NCBI GenBank assembly: GCA_937891825.1
Contig: CALAHN010000081.1
Location: forward strand, 6,700 to 70,699
DNA: 64,000 nt
Source: an uncultured Alphaproteobacteria bacterium
GTDB lineage: Bacteria; Pseudomonadota; Alphaproteobacteria; Bin95
Direction: 5' to 3'
Positions 8,819-18,009 of this stretch are shown piece after piece. Position numbers and translations under genes: made by a program. Numbering within the stretch: position 1 is the first letter of the stretch; each line of letters begins with the position of its first letter. The notes below the pieces were generated by a model. That model was not told the origin of the DNA. It did no database searches and saw only the letters and a list, made by a program, of their open reading frames with translations.

Positions 8819-10216
8819 ATGCAGTATATCTCGACCCGTGGCGACGCGCCGACGCTCGACTTCGAAGGCGTGTTGCTGGCCGGCCTCGCGAATGACGGCG
8901 GCCTTTATGTGCCTGCCGCATGGCCGCACCTCTCGGCCAGCGCCTTGCGCGCCTTGCGGGGCCAAACCTATGCGGAGACGGCGTTCGCCGTCACCTGGCC
9001 CTTTGTCGAAGGCTGTATCGATGCGGCCGCCTACAAGCGCATCCTCGAGGAAACCTACGCGACCTTCGAGCATCCGGCCGTCACGCCCTTGGTCCAGCTC
9101 GGCCCCGACCTCTGGTCGCTTGAGCTGTTTCATGGGCCGACCCTGGCCTTCAAGGATGTCGCGCTGCAATTGCTCGGCCGTTTGTTCGACCACGTGCTGG
9201 CGAAGCGCGGCGAGACGATCGCCATCGTCGGCGCGACCTCGGGCGATACCGGCTCGGCCGCAATCGAGGCCTGCCGGGACCGGAAGAACATCAGGATCTG
9301 CATCCTGCATCCCGACGGCCGCACGTCTGAGGCGCAGCGCCGGCAGATGACGACGGTCGACGCGCCGAACGTCATGAATATCGCCATCGAAGGCGATTTC
9401 GACGCCTGCCAGGACCTTGTAAAGGCGATGTTCGCGGATCGGGGCTTCCGGGAAGAGGTCAACCTGTCCGCCGTGAACTCGATCAACTGGGCCCGGGTCA
9501 TGGCGCAGATCGTTTATTACGTTTATGCCGCGGTGCGCCTGGGCGCGCCCGACCGGCCGGTCGCGTTCGCGGTGCCGACCGGCAATTTCGGCAATGTCTT
9601 CGCCGCCTATGCCGCGACCCGGATGGGCGTGCCGATCCAGCGGCTGGTGATCGGCTCCAACGCCAACGACATCCTGACCCGTTTCTTCGAGGCCGCCGAC
9701 ATGTCGATGCGGCCGGTCGCGCCAACGCTTTCCCCCTCCATGGATATTCAGGTATCGTCCAACTTCGAGCGGCTGCTGTTCGATCTCTATGATCGGGACG
9801 GCCATGCGGTCGCCCGCGCCATGCGGGAATTTCGGGAGACCGGCCGCCTGAGCGTCGGCGCCAACCGCCACGGGGTCGCGACCCAGCTCTTCCGCGCGGC
9901 CCGGTTCGACGACGCGGCGACGCTGGAGGGCATCCGCGCGCTCCAGGCGCGGTCGGGCTATCTGGCCGATCCCCACACCGCCGTCGGCTTGCTGGCGGCG
10001 GAAGCGCTGCCTGAGGCCGACTGCGCCATGATCGTCGCCGCGACCGCCCATCCCGCCAAGTTCGCCGCCGCCATCCGGCAGGCGACGGGCGCCGATCCCA
10101 TCATGCCGGACCGCCTGAAGGCGGTTTTTGAGAAAAAGGAAACCTATTCCGTCATGCCCAACGATCTGAAAACCGTGCAAGCCGCCGTCCGCAAAATGGC
10201 CGGAGCGACAGCATGA
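8819..10216 (+). CDS. thrC: Threonine synthase
   Basis: ORF 8780..10216; internal ATG 8819 gives MQYISTRGDAPTLDFEGVLLAGLANDGGLYVP, the canonical ThrC N-terminus; PLP-fold residues. Confidence 0.9.
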   Translation: MQYISTRGDAPTLDFEGVLLAGLANDGGLYVPAAWPHLSASALRALRGQTYAETAFAVTWPFVEGCIDAAAYKRILEETYATFEHPAVTPLVQLGPDLWSLELFHGPTLAFKDVALQLLGRLFDHVLAKRGETIAIVGATSGDTGSAAIEACRDRKNIRICILHPDGRTSEAQRRQMTTVDAPNVMNIAIEGDFDACQDLVKAMFADRGFREEVNLSAVNSINWARVMAQIVYYVYAAVRLGAPDRPVAFAVPTGNFGNVFAAYAATRMGVPIQRLVIGSNANDILTRFFEAADMSMRPVAPTLSPSMDIQVSSNFERLLFDLYDRDGHAVARAMREFRETGRLSVGANRHGVATQLFRAARFDDAATLEGIRALQARSGYLADPHTAVGLLAAEALPEADCAMIVAATAHPAKFAAAIRQATGADPIMPDRLKAVFEKKETYSVMPNDLKTVQAAVRKMAGATA

Positions 10217-11472
10217 CCGTCGATGTGACGCGGCTCGCCAATGGCCTGACCGTCGCGACCGACCGGATTGACGGCGTCGAGACCGCGGCGCTCGGCGTCT
10301 GGGTCGGCACAGGCGCCCGTGCTGAAACGGCGGCCAACAACGGCGTCGCGCACCTGCTGGAGCATATGGCGTTCAAGGGCACGGCCAAGCGGAGCGCCGC
10401 CCAGATCGCTTCGGAGATCGAGGATGTCGGCGGGCATTTGAACGCCTACACCAGCCGCGAGGTGACCGCCTACTACGCCCGCGTCCTGAAGGAGGATTCC
10501 GCGCTCGCGCTCGATGTGCTGGCGGACATCCTCTTGAACTCCACCTTCGACGCGGCCGAGCTCGACCGGGAGCGGGAGGTGATCCTGCAGGAAATCGGCC
10601 AGGCCAACGACACGCCGGAAGACGTCGCCCATGACGCCTTTCATGCGGCGGCTTATCCCGATCAGCCGGTCGGCCGGTCGATCCTGGGGGAGCCGGACAT
10701 CATTCGCGCCATCGGCCGGGACGCGGTGATCGACTATATCTCCGGGCGCTATCTGCCGGGCGCCATGGTCGTCTCCGCCGCCGGCGCGGTCGACCACGAT
10801 ACGTTCGTCGCGATGGCGACGCGGCTGTTCGGCGGCATGGCCCCCGGCCCGGCGCCGCTGCTCGAACCGGCGCTCTACAAGGGCGGTGAGAAGCGGATCG
10901 TCAAGGCCTCCGAACAAGCGCACATCTATTTTGGATTGCCGGGCCCTCAGTATGGGGCGGACGATTATTATGCCGCCCATGTCTTCTGCGCGCTCTATGG
11001 CGGCGGCATGTCTTCGCGCCTGTTTCAGGAGGTCCGGGAGAAGCGCGGGCTCTGCTATTCGATCTACTCGTATTTGTCGGCGCTCGCTGATAGCGGCATG
11101 TTCGGCATCTATGCGGGCACGGACGGGGCGCAGGCCGGCCAGGCGCTGGAGGTCGCGATCGACGAACTGAAGTCGGTCGCGATGTCCGCCGGCGTCGGGG
11201 AGACCAATCGCGCCAAGGCGCAGCTTCGGGCCAGCTTGCTGATGTCGCGCGAATCCACATCCATGCGCGCCGAGCAACTGGCGCAGCAGCTCCTGATCCA
11301 CGGCCGGCCGCTTTCGACCGAGGAAGTCCGCGCGAAGGTCGACGCCGTCGATCCCGCCGCGGTCAGCGCCGTCGCGGCGGCGGCGCTCGCCGGCGCGCCG
11401 ACCCTGGCCCTGGTCGGACCGGTGGAGGGCGCGCCGTCGCTTGCGGCGCTGACGGCGCGCCTGGCTGCGTAA
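10213..11472 (+). CDS. M16 (insulinase/pitrilysin) family zinc peptidase
   Basis: 419 aa; inverted zinc motif HLLEHMAFKGT; start overlaps thrC stop (conserved thrC–M16 synteny in Alphaproteobacteria). Confidence 0.85.
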   Translation: MTVDVTRLANGLTVATDRIDGVETAALGVWVGTGARAETAANNGVAHLLEHMAFKGTAKRSAAQIASEIEDVGGHLNAYTSREVTAYYARVLKEDSALALDVLADILLNSTFDAAELDREREVILQEIGQANDTPEDVAHDAFHAAAYPDQPVGRSILGEPDIIRAIGRDAVIDYISGRYLPGAMVVSAAGAVDHDTFVAMATRLFGGMAPGPAPLLEPALYKGGEKRIVKASEQAHIYFGLPGPQYGADDYYAAHVFCALYGGGMSSRLFQEVREKRGLCYSIYSYLSALADSGMFGIYAGTDGAQAGQALEVAIDELKSVAMSAGVGETNRAKAQLRASLLMSRESTSMRAEQLAQQLLIHGRPLSTEEVRAKVDAVDPAAVSAVAAAALAGAPTLALVGPVEGAPSLAALTARLAA

Positions 11473-11484
11473 CGGCTTCGTCCC

Positions 11485-12894
11485 ATGGACTTGCTGCTGG
11501 CGTTGCTGCCGCTTGGGGCGGCGTTCGCGCTGATCCTGGCCGGCCGGGCGAGCATCGCCAATGCCGGCCTGATCGGCGCGGCGATCGCTGTCGGCCTGGC
11601 CGGGCTGGATGGCGGCGTCATCGTCGCGGCCGGCGCCGTCGCGCGCGGTCTCTGGATCGCGTGGCTGGCGATTTCGATCATCGTGACAGGCCTCTTCTTC
11701 CAGAAGGCGGCGCTGGCCGCGGCGCCGGACGTGTTCCGCCTCCCGGGCGGCTCCGCGTCGGATGCGCGGGCGCAGGCGTTCACGGCCGTGTTCCTGCTCG
11801 GCGTGTTCGTCGAAAGCGCCAGCGGCTTCGGCCTTGGCGCGGTCGCGGCGGCGGCTGTCCTTCAGGCCGGCGGCCAGGGCACGGTCCGGATGGCGGCGCT
11901 GGCGCTGCTCTCCCTGGCGCTGGTGCCCTGGGGCGCGCTCGCCATCGGCACGAGCATCGCGGCCGGGCTGACAGGATTTCCCGCCGCCGCGATCGGCGTC
12001 GGGAGCGCCTTTCTCTCCGTGCCCGTGCTGGCGACGGCGCTGGTCCTGTTCTGGCGCTGGGCGCCGGGTCCGGTCTCCCTCAAGGCCATGGCGGCCGAGA
12101 CGCTGTGGCTCGGGGCCTTGCTCGCCTTGCTCTGGGCGGCCAATCGCTTCGGCGCGGTCGATGTGGCCGGCGTGATCGCCGCGGGCGCGCTTTTCGCCCT
12201 GCGTTGGGCGATCGACCGGGCGCGGGACCGTCCGGCGCTGACGGCCGGGCCGTTTGCCCTCTTCGCGGTTTTCATCGTGGCGCTGCGCCTTGTCCCAGGC
12301 GTGACGCCCTGGCTTGAGGCGCTTTGGACGCTCCAGCCCTGGCCGACCCTGCCGCGGTTCGCGCCGGTCGCCCATGCGTCGGTCTGGCTGCTGGTCCTGG
12401 GCGCGGGCTTTGCGCTGAGCCAGGGGCTTCGCCCTCGCCGCCTCGCCGCGGCCGGGCAGGCGGCGCTCAAGGCCGCGCGCGTGCCGGTCCTGGTGACGGC
12501 GGGGTATATCGTGCTGGGCGAGGCGATGGCGGCGCGCGGCGCGCCCGCGGTGCTGGCGGATGCGGTCGCGGGCCTTGCCGGGGCCGGGGCGGCCTATGGG
12601 ACGCCGGTCTTCGCGGCGCTGGCGGGCTGGCTCACAGGCTCGAACGCGGCGGCGCACGGCATGCTCGTCGAACTGCAGGCGGCGCTGGGGAGCGCAGCCG
12701 GCGTCGATCCGCTCCGGGCGGTATCGGCTCAGAACGTGGTCGCGAGCGCCTACACCATGCTCTCGCCGATGCGCGTCGCGCTCGTCGCGGCGGCGCTGGG
12801 GCTGGCGGGGCAGGAGACCCGGATCGTCCGCCTCCTCCTGCCCTTCGCCCTTGCCGTCCTCGCCGTCGGCTGGGGGGCGATCGCCCTGAATTAA
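11485..12894 (+). CDS. LctP-family (L-lactate permease-like) membrane transporter
   Basis: 469 aa Ala/Leu-rich polytopic protein; FVESASGFGLGAVAAAAVL...ALVPWGALAIG matches the LldP FLEGAAGFGAPVAI...NTAPVAFGA region; shorter than typical LctP. Confidence 0.55.
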   Translation: MDLLLALLPLGAAFALILAGRASIANAGLIGAAIAVGLAGLDGGVIVAAGAVARGLWIAWLAISIIVTGLFFQKAALAAAPDVFRLPGGSASDARAQAFTAVFLLGVFVESASGFGLGAVAAAAVLQAGGQGTVRMAALALLSLALVPWGALAIGTSIAAGLTGFPAAAIGVGSAFLSVPVLATALVLFWRWAPGPVSLKAMAAETLWLGALLALLWAANRFGAVDVAGVIAAGALFALRWAIDRARDRPALTAGPFALFAVFIVALRLVPGVTPWLEALWTLQPWPTLPRFAPVAHASVWLLVLGAGFALSQGLRPRRLAAAGQAALKAARVPVLVTAGYIVLGEAMAARGAPAVLADAVAGLAGAGAAYGTPVFAALAGWLTGSNAAAHGMLVELQAALGSAAGVDPLRAVSAQNVVASAYTMLSPMRVALVAAALGLAGQETRIVRLLLPFALAVLAVGWGAIALN

Positions 12895-12927
12895 TCAGCC
12901 CATTGGCGCGGGCGCCAATGGGCTGAT
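12894..12927. terminator. Perfect 16-bp inverted repeat hairpin between convergent genes (candidate bidirectional terminator)
   Basis: atcagcccattggcgc-gg-gcgccaatgggctgat; directly abuts the LctP-like stop codon. Confidence 0.45.
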
Positions 12928-12979
12928 CGATCGCTAGCAGTCGCCTCAAAGCGCCGCGCTGTCGCCGGCGTGGGTCCCT

Positions 12980-13306
12980 TTAGCGAACCGTGGATTTCGT
13001 CGTCGGGATGATCCGGGTCACGACGTTGTTCGGGCGGTCGAGATAATTCGGCACGCGCGGGCCCATGTCGTTCTTCCAGTAGTCGGTTTCGTAGACGGCT
13101 TTGTAGAGCGCCTCGCGCTGGGCTTCGCTTTCGAAGCGGCGCAGCCAGATATAGATGCTGTCATCCTGCTCGCCGCGGAAGCTGCCGCAGATGACCATGC
13201 CCTTGGAGACCTGGAAGGGGATGATTTCCTCTTCCATGATCTTGACCCACTCGTCCATCTTGCCGGGCAGGACCTTGTACTGACGCAATTCGTAGAAAGC
13301 AGACAT
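12980..13306 (-). CDS. NIPSNAP family protein (dimeric alpha/beta barrel)
   Basis: 108 aa: MSAFYELRQYKVLPGKMDEWVKIMEEEIIPFQVSKGMVICGSF... Confidence 0.8.
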   Translation of the reverse strand: MSAFYELRQYKVLPGKMDEWVKIMEEEIIPFQVSKGMVICGSFRGEQDDSIYIWLRRFESEAQREALYKAVYETDYWKNDMGPRVPNYLDRPNNVVTRIIPTTKSTVR

Positions 13307-13369
13307 CGACGTTACCCCCTGGTTTTTGCAGCGTTGCGGTTCTTCAGATCGATTGAAGCAGGGCGGCGT

Positions 13370-14392
13370 CTACCGCGAGCCCGGCGTGTGTTTCAGATAG
13401 GATTGCCGGTCGCCGGTGCGGACCGAGATGTCGCGCAGACGATTATCGCGAAGGATGTTGAGGCGGACGGTCGCGCCGGCCGGACCCCGCGCCCAGAGCG
13501 CGCGATAGAATTCCGGCAGGTCGCTCACGTCTTCGCCCGCGACGCCGACGATGGCGTCGCCGATCTTCAGGTTCGAGCGGGCGGCGGGCCCGGTCTCAAC
13601 CATGCCGGCGATGACAAGCGCGCCGTCGGCTTCGGTCACGAACATGCCGAGCCAGGGCCGCGGCTCGCGCTTGGCGTGGCCGGTCGCGGCCATATCCTGG
13701 ATGATCGCGCCCAGCATATCGATCGGCACGAACATGTTGCCGGCCGGCGAGGTTTCGGCCGGCAGCACGTCCTGCACATAGAGCGACCCGATGCCGATCA
13801 GCTTGCCAGCGGGCGTCAGCAGGGCGGCGCCGCTCCAATGGGGGTGCGGCGGCGCGGTGAAGAGCGCCTCGTCGACCAGGTATTCCCAGTAGCCCGCGAA
13901 CTCGCGCTTCGAGAGCAGGCGCACCGTCTGGCCATAGCTTAACCCGCCGCCGGCGAGCACGGTCAACTCTGCCCCGGTCCCGACGTCCCTGGCGGAGCCG
14001 AGCGGGATCGGCCGGGCGTCGAACGGCTCCGTCAGGCGGACGAGGCCGTAGCCGGTCGCCTGATCGTAGCCGACGACTTCCGCGGATTTGGCGGCGCCGG
14101 CGTGATCGACCAGCGAAACCGTGGTCGCTTCGGTGATCAGGTAGCCGATGGTCAGGCAAAGGCCGTCCTGGTCGATCAGCACCGCGTTGCCTTCGCGCTT
14201 GACGCCGAGATGCTGGGCGGTGAAAGCGTCCGGCGGGGCTTTGGCGTGCAACGTGAACACGGCGCGACTTGCCGCCGCGACGTCATACTCCAGTTTATCG
14301 GGCCTGGGACGCAGATCGGGTTGGACCGATTCGCGGCCAGGGAAATCGTCGCCGCCGTATTCGGCGCCGTTCGTGCGTTCCGTGCCGGCCAT
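13370..14392 (-). CDS. Trypsin-like (S1C) peptidase-fold protein with C-terminal PDZ domain; catalytic Asp not evident
   Basis: 340 aa; region aligns with DegP protease domain (HAGAAKSAEVV ~ HVVAGAEKIIV; HWSGAAL ~ GNSGGPAF) then a PDZ-like IGDAIVGVAGEDV segment. Confidence 0.6.
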   Translation of the reverse strand: MAGTERTNGAEYGGDDFPGRESVQPDLRPRPDKLEYDVAAASRAVFTLHAKAPPDAFTAQHLGVKREGNAVLIDQDGLCLTIGYLITEATTVSLVDHAGAAKSAEVVGYDQATGYGLVRLTEPFDARPIPLGSARDVGTGAELTVLAGGGLSYGQTVRLLSKREFAGYWEYLVDEALFTAPPHPHWSGAALLTPAGKLIGIGSLYVQDVLPAETSPAGNMFVPIDMLGAIIQDMAATGHAKREPRPWLGMFVTEADGALVIAGMVETGPAARSNLKIGDAIVGVAGEDVSDLPEFYRALWARGPAGATVRLNILRDNRLRDISVRTGDRQSYLKHTPGSR

Positions 14393-14565
14393 GGGTCTTG
14401 CTCCTGTTCGGCGGCGGCTCGATCCCCGTGATCGGGCGAGGATCGGGACGAAAATCCGCGTTTCGGTTAAGCGCGCCTGGACACGCCAGCGGTTATAAAC
14501 AATATCGCGGTTGCGAAGGATTGCCAGTGATCCCTAAAAAGGCCTCTCAGAATCTTTATGACAGC

Positions 14566-15627
14566 ATGTCGATACGCCCCCGAAAACTGAGCCGCAGAGC
14601 GGTTCTCGCCCATCTGGCGGCGGGCGCCGGCGTGGCCGCGGGCCTGGGGCGCTTCGGCGGCGCGTCCGCCGCGCCCGCATCCATGTCCGACCTCTGGGCG
14701 ACCTACCGGACGCGCTTCGTCGAAGCTGACGGCCGCGTCGTCGATAGCTTCAACAAGCGGATCTCCCACTCCGAAAGCCAGGGCTGGGGAATGTTGCTTG
14801 CGGCCGCCGCCGGCGATTGGGCGACCTTCGACCGCATCTGGGCCTGGACCGAAACGCAATTGACATGGGCCGGGGCGCCGCTGTTCGCCTGGTCCTGGGA
14901 CCCGAAGGCCGGCATCGTCTCTGATCCGAACGACGCCAGCGACGGCGATATCCTGATCGCCTGGGCGCTCCTGCGCGCCGGGTTCGCGCGCCAGCGCCCG
15001 GATCTGATCGACCGGGCCAAGCGCACCATCGCCGCCATTCGCGCGCTCCTGATCGCCGATGTCGCCGGCGAGCCAGCGCTGCTGCCGGGGTTCTATGGCT
15101 TCGGCGACAAGGGCCGGACGACGATTAATCTGTCATATTATGTCTTCCCGGCGTTCTGGGACTTCGCGCATCTGGACGGCGATCCGATCTGGACCGCGGT
15201 CAACGACGCCGGGGTGGCGCTGGCCCGGCGCGCGCGCTTCGGCCGCTACGGCCTGGCGCCCGACTGGCTCGATATCGGCGATGACGGCGCGCTCGCGCCC
15301 GCGGAAAAGTGGCCGAAGCGCTTCAGCTACGACGCGATCCGCGTGCCGCTCTATCTGTTCTGGGCAGGCTATGACGCCGCCGACGATCTCGGCGTCTATC
15401 GCAACGCCTGGCGCGCCTATCAGCCGCCGCCGGCGTGGTTCGCCCTGGACGACAGCGCCAATGCCGATATCGCCGCGACGGTCGGCGCGACGGCGATCGC
15501 GGAACTGATCGACGGCCGCCGCCCGAGCGACGCGACGCTTTGGGCTGCCGTCAAGGAAGGCGAGTACTACGATGCGAGCCTCGCGCTCCTGGCGGCGCTC
15601 GCCGCGAAGGACCGCAGTCTCCGGTAG
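14566..15627 (+). CDS. Glycoside hydrolase family 8 endo-1,4-beta-glucanase (BcsZ/CMCax-like), Tat-type signal
   Basis: ORF 14269..15627; ATG 14566 gives MSIRPRKLSRRAVLAHLAAGAG (RR motif); GH8 catalytic region SHSESQGWGMLLAA, DGDILIAWALLRA. Confidence 0.75.
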   Translation: MSIRPRKLSRRAVLAHLAAGAGVAAGLGRFGGASAAPASMSDLWATYRTRFVEADGRVVDSFNKRISHSESQGWGMLLAAAAGDWATFDRIWAWTETQLTWAGAPLFAWSWDPKAGIVSDPNDASDGDILIAWALLRAGFARQRPDLIDRAKRTIAAIRALLIADVAGEPALLPGFYGFGDKGRTTINLSYYVFPAFWDFAHLDGDPIWTAVNDAGVALARRARFGRYGLAPDWLDIGDDGALAPAEKWPKRFSYDAIRVPLYLFWAGYDAADDLGVYRNAWRAYQPPPAWFALDDSANADIAATVGATAIAELIDGRRPSDATLWAAVKEGEYYDASLALLAALAAKDRSLR

Positions 15628-15702
15628 CGCCGTCGCAGGGGATTCCTGTTCAACGCCGTTTGTCGGGGCTAAGATTGCGCCGCCCAGCAGGAGGTAGACG
15701 CC

Positions 15703-17022
15703 ATGCCCGACGATATGCGCCAGAACTACGATGTAGCCGCCGCCCTGGCGGAAGCCGAAGCTCGCTTCGCCGAGGCCAACCCGAAAAGCGGCGCCGCCTA
15801 TGCCGACGCGTGTCGCGGCATGCCCGGCGGCAATACCCGCACGGTGCTGTTCTACCCGCCGTATCCTCTGATGCTGGCCCGGGGCGAGGGCTGCCGCCTC
15901 TTCGATCTGGACGGCCACGCATATGTCGATTTCCAGGTCGAGCAGACCGCCGGCATCTACGGCCATTCCGAAGCCAAGATCCTCGACGCCGTCCGCGCCG
16001 CCATGAGCGAGGGCATCACGCTTGGCGGTCCGACCGTCCGCGAAGCCCGATTGGCGAGCTTGTTTCAAAGCCGCTTTCCCGCGGTCGAACTGGTGCGCTT
16101 CACGAATTCCGGCACCGAGGCGAACCTTCTGGCGCTCGCGACCGCCCGCGCCGTCACCGGCCGCGAAAAGCTGATCGGCTTCAAGGGCTCCTACCACGGC
16201 AGCGTCATCAGCTTCGGCCCCTATGGCAACAGCCTGAACGTGCCCTTCCCCTGGACGTTCTGCCGCTACAACGATATCGAGGGCGCCCGCGCCGCGATCC
16301 GCGAGATCGCCCAGGACCTCGCCGCCGTCATCCTCGAGCCGATGACCGGCAGCGGCGGCTGCATCCGGGCGACGCCGGAGTTTATCGCGATGCTGCGCGA
16401 GGAGACGGAGAAAGCCGGCGCGCTGCTGATGTTCGACGAGGTCATGACCTCCCGCCTGTCGCCCGGCGGCCTGCACGGCGCCTGGGGCGTGAAGCCGGAT
16501 ATCGTGACCTTCGGCAAATATCTGGGCGGCGGGCTGACCTTCGGCGCCTTCGGCGGCAAGGCCGCCATCATGGAGCGGTTCGACCCGCGCCGGCCGGGCG
16601 CGCTCGCCCACGCGGGGACCTTCAACAACAACGTGCTGACGCTGGCCGCCGCGATCGCGGGCCTGGAAGAGGTGTATACGCCAGCCGCCGCCACAAAGCT
16701 GAATGCCGCCGGGGATGCGCTCCGCGAGCGCCTGAACGGCGTCCTCAAGGCGGCGGGGGTCGCTGGCCAGGTGACCGGCATCGGCTCGATGATGATGGTC
16801 CACCTGACCGGCGAGGCCCTGACGAGCCCGGAGGATTCCGGCAAGGTCTCCCCTGATCTCCGCGGCCTTCTGCACATGGCGATGATCGAGCGCGGCTATT
16901 ATATGGCCCGCCGCAACATGATCGTGCTGTCGCTGCCGATGACCGCGGTCGAGATCGACGGCCTGGTCGGCGCGTTCGAGGATGCGATCCGGCAATACCG
17001 GGATATCCTGCCCCGGGCCTGA
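15703..17022 (+). CDS. Class III (PLP-dependent) aminotransferase, glutamate-1-semialdehyde aminomutase-like
   Basis: 439 aa; NSGTEANLLALATARAVTG, MFDEVMTSR motifs. Confidence 0.8.
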   Translation: MPDDMRQNYDVAAALAEAEARFAEANPKSGAAYADACRGMPGGNTRTVLFYPPYPLMLARGEGCRLFDLDGHAYVDFQVEQTAGIYGHSEAKILDAVRAAMSEGITLGGPTVREARLASLFQSRFPAVELVRFTNSGTEANLLALATARAVTGREKLIGFKGSYHGSVISFGPYGNSLNVPFPWTFCRYNDIEGARAAIREIAQDLAAVILEPMTGSGGCIRATPEFIAMLREETEKAGALLMFDEVMTSRLSPGGLHGAWGVKPDIVTFGKYLGGGLTFGAFGGKAAIMERFDPRRPGALAHAGTFNNNVLTLAAAIAGLEEVYTPAAATKLNAAGDALRERLNGVLKAAGVAGQVTGIGSMMMVHLTGEALTSPEDSGKVSPDLRGLLHMAMIERGYYMARRNMIVLSLPMTAVEIDGLVGAFEDAIRQYRDILPRA

Positions 17023-17043
17023 CGGGCGGCCCGGTTCCGGCCG

Positions 17044-18009
17044 ATGGAGCGCATGATCCTGAAGCGGCTCGTCGCCAGCGCTCTGACGCTCCTGGCGTTG
17101 TCCGCCATGTGCTTCGCGCTGCTGACATTGATGCCGGGCGATCCGATCGACCAGCTTGTCGGCTCGGACCCGCGCGTCACGCCGGAGGATATCGCGCGGC
17201 TGAAAGCCTATTACGGCGTCGATCAGCCGTTCTGGGCGCGGTGGCAGGCGTGGCTCGCCCGCCTGGCTTCGGGCGAGTTCGGCTATTCGCGCCTGTTCGC
17301 GGCGCCGGTCGCGGATGTGCTGGGTCCGGCGCTGGCGCGGACGGCGGGGCTGGCGGCGGCGGCGCTTCTGATCTCGACCGTGATCGGGGTGTCGGCCGGG
17401 ATCGTCGCGGCGCTCCGCCCGCGGTCGCTTTTCGATCATGTCGCAAGCTTTCTCGCTTTCGCCGGCGTCGCGGCGCCGTCCTTCTGGCTGGCGTTGATGG
17501 CGATGGCGCTCTTCTCGATCACTCTCGGCTGGCTGCCGGCGAGCGCGCTTCCGTCCGACCCGGAGGCAGGGCTGCTGGAGCGGCTGCGCCATCTGATCAT
17601 GCCGGTCGCGATCCTGGCGGCGCTGGAGACCGCCGCGATCTTCCGCCATGCCCGCGCCGCCGTCGGCGACGCGCTGTTGCATCAGCATGTCCTGACGGCG
17701 CGGTCGAAGGGCCTGCCCGGGCGCCGGGTGATCTGGGGCCATGTGCTGCCGGGCGCGATGATCCCGCTGACGACGGTGCTTGCGCTCGACCTCGGCGGCC
17801 TCGTCTCCGGCGCCTTGATCGTCGAGGTGATGTTCGGCCTGCCGGGCATGGGCAAGCTGCTCTACGACGCCATTCTGGGCGCTGACTACAATCTGGCGAT
17901 GGCCGCATTGATGGTCGGGGCCGGGGCGATCTTTCTCGCCAATGCGCTTGCCGACATGGCCTATGGCCTGCTCGATCCGCGCATCCAGACCGGCGGCCTC
18001 GCGCCATGA
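17044..18009 (+). CDS. ABC transporter permease (DppB/OppB-like)
   Basis: 321 aa; 6 TM; EAA-loop region ARSKGLPGRRVIWGHVLPGAMIPLTTVLALDLGG. Confidence 0.8.
   Translation: MERMILKRLVASALTLLALSAMCFALLTLMPGDPIDQLVGSDPRVTPEDIARLKAYYGVDQPFWARWQAWLARLASGEFGYSRLFAAPVADVLGPALARTAGLAAAALLISTVIGVSAGIVAALRPRSLFDHVASFLAFAGVAAPSFWLALMAMALFSITLGWLPASALPSDPEAGLLERLRHLIMPVAILAALETAAIFRHARAAVGDALLHQHVLTARSKGLPGRRVIWGHVLPGAMIPLTTVLALDLGGLVSGALIVEVMFGLPGMGKLLYDAILGADYNLAMAALMVGAGAIFLANALADMAYGLLDPRIQTGGLAP

Noticed and set aside
10144-12657. Very long antisense ORFs (837 aa at 10144..12657 -, 869 aa at 15133..17742 -, 733 aa at 28586..30787 -, 558 aa at 39919..41595 +, 645 aa at 19920..21857 +, 763 aa at 47503..49794 +)
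   Set aside because: They are Arg/Gly/Pro-rich low-complexity translations exactly antisense to genes with clear homology (M16 peptidase, aminotransferase, NMO/ptsP, cheR/cheA, ispB, addB). This is the usual open-frame artefact of GC-rich, codon-biased DNA.
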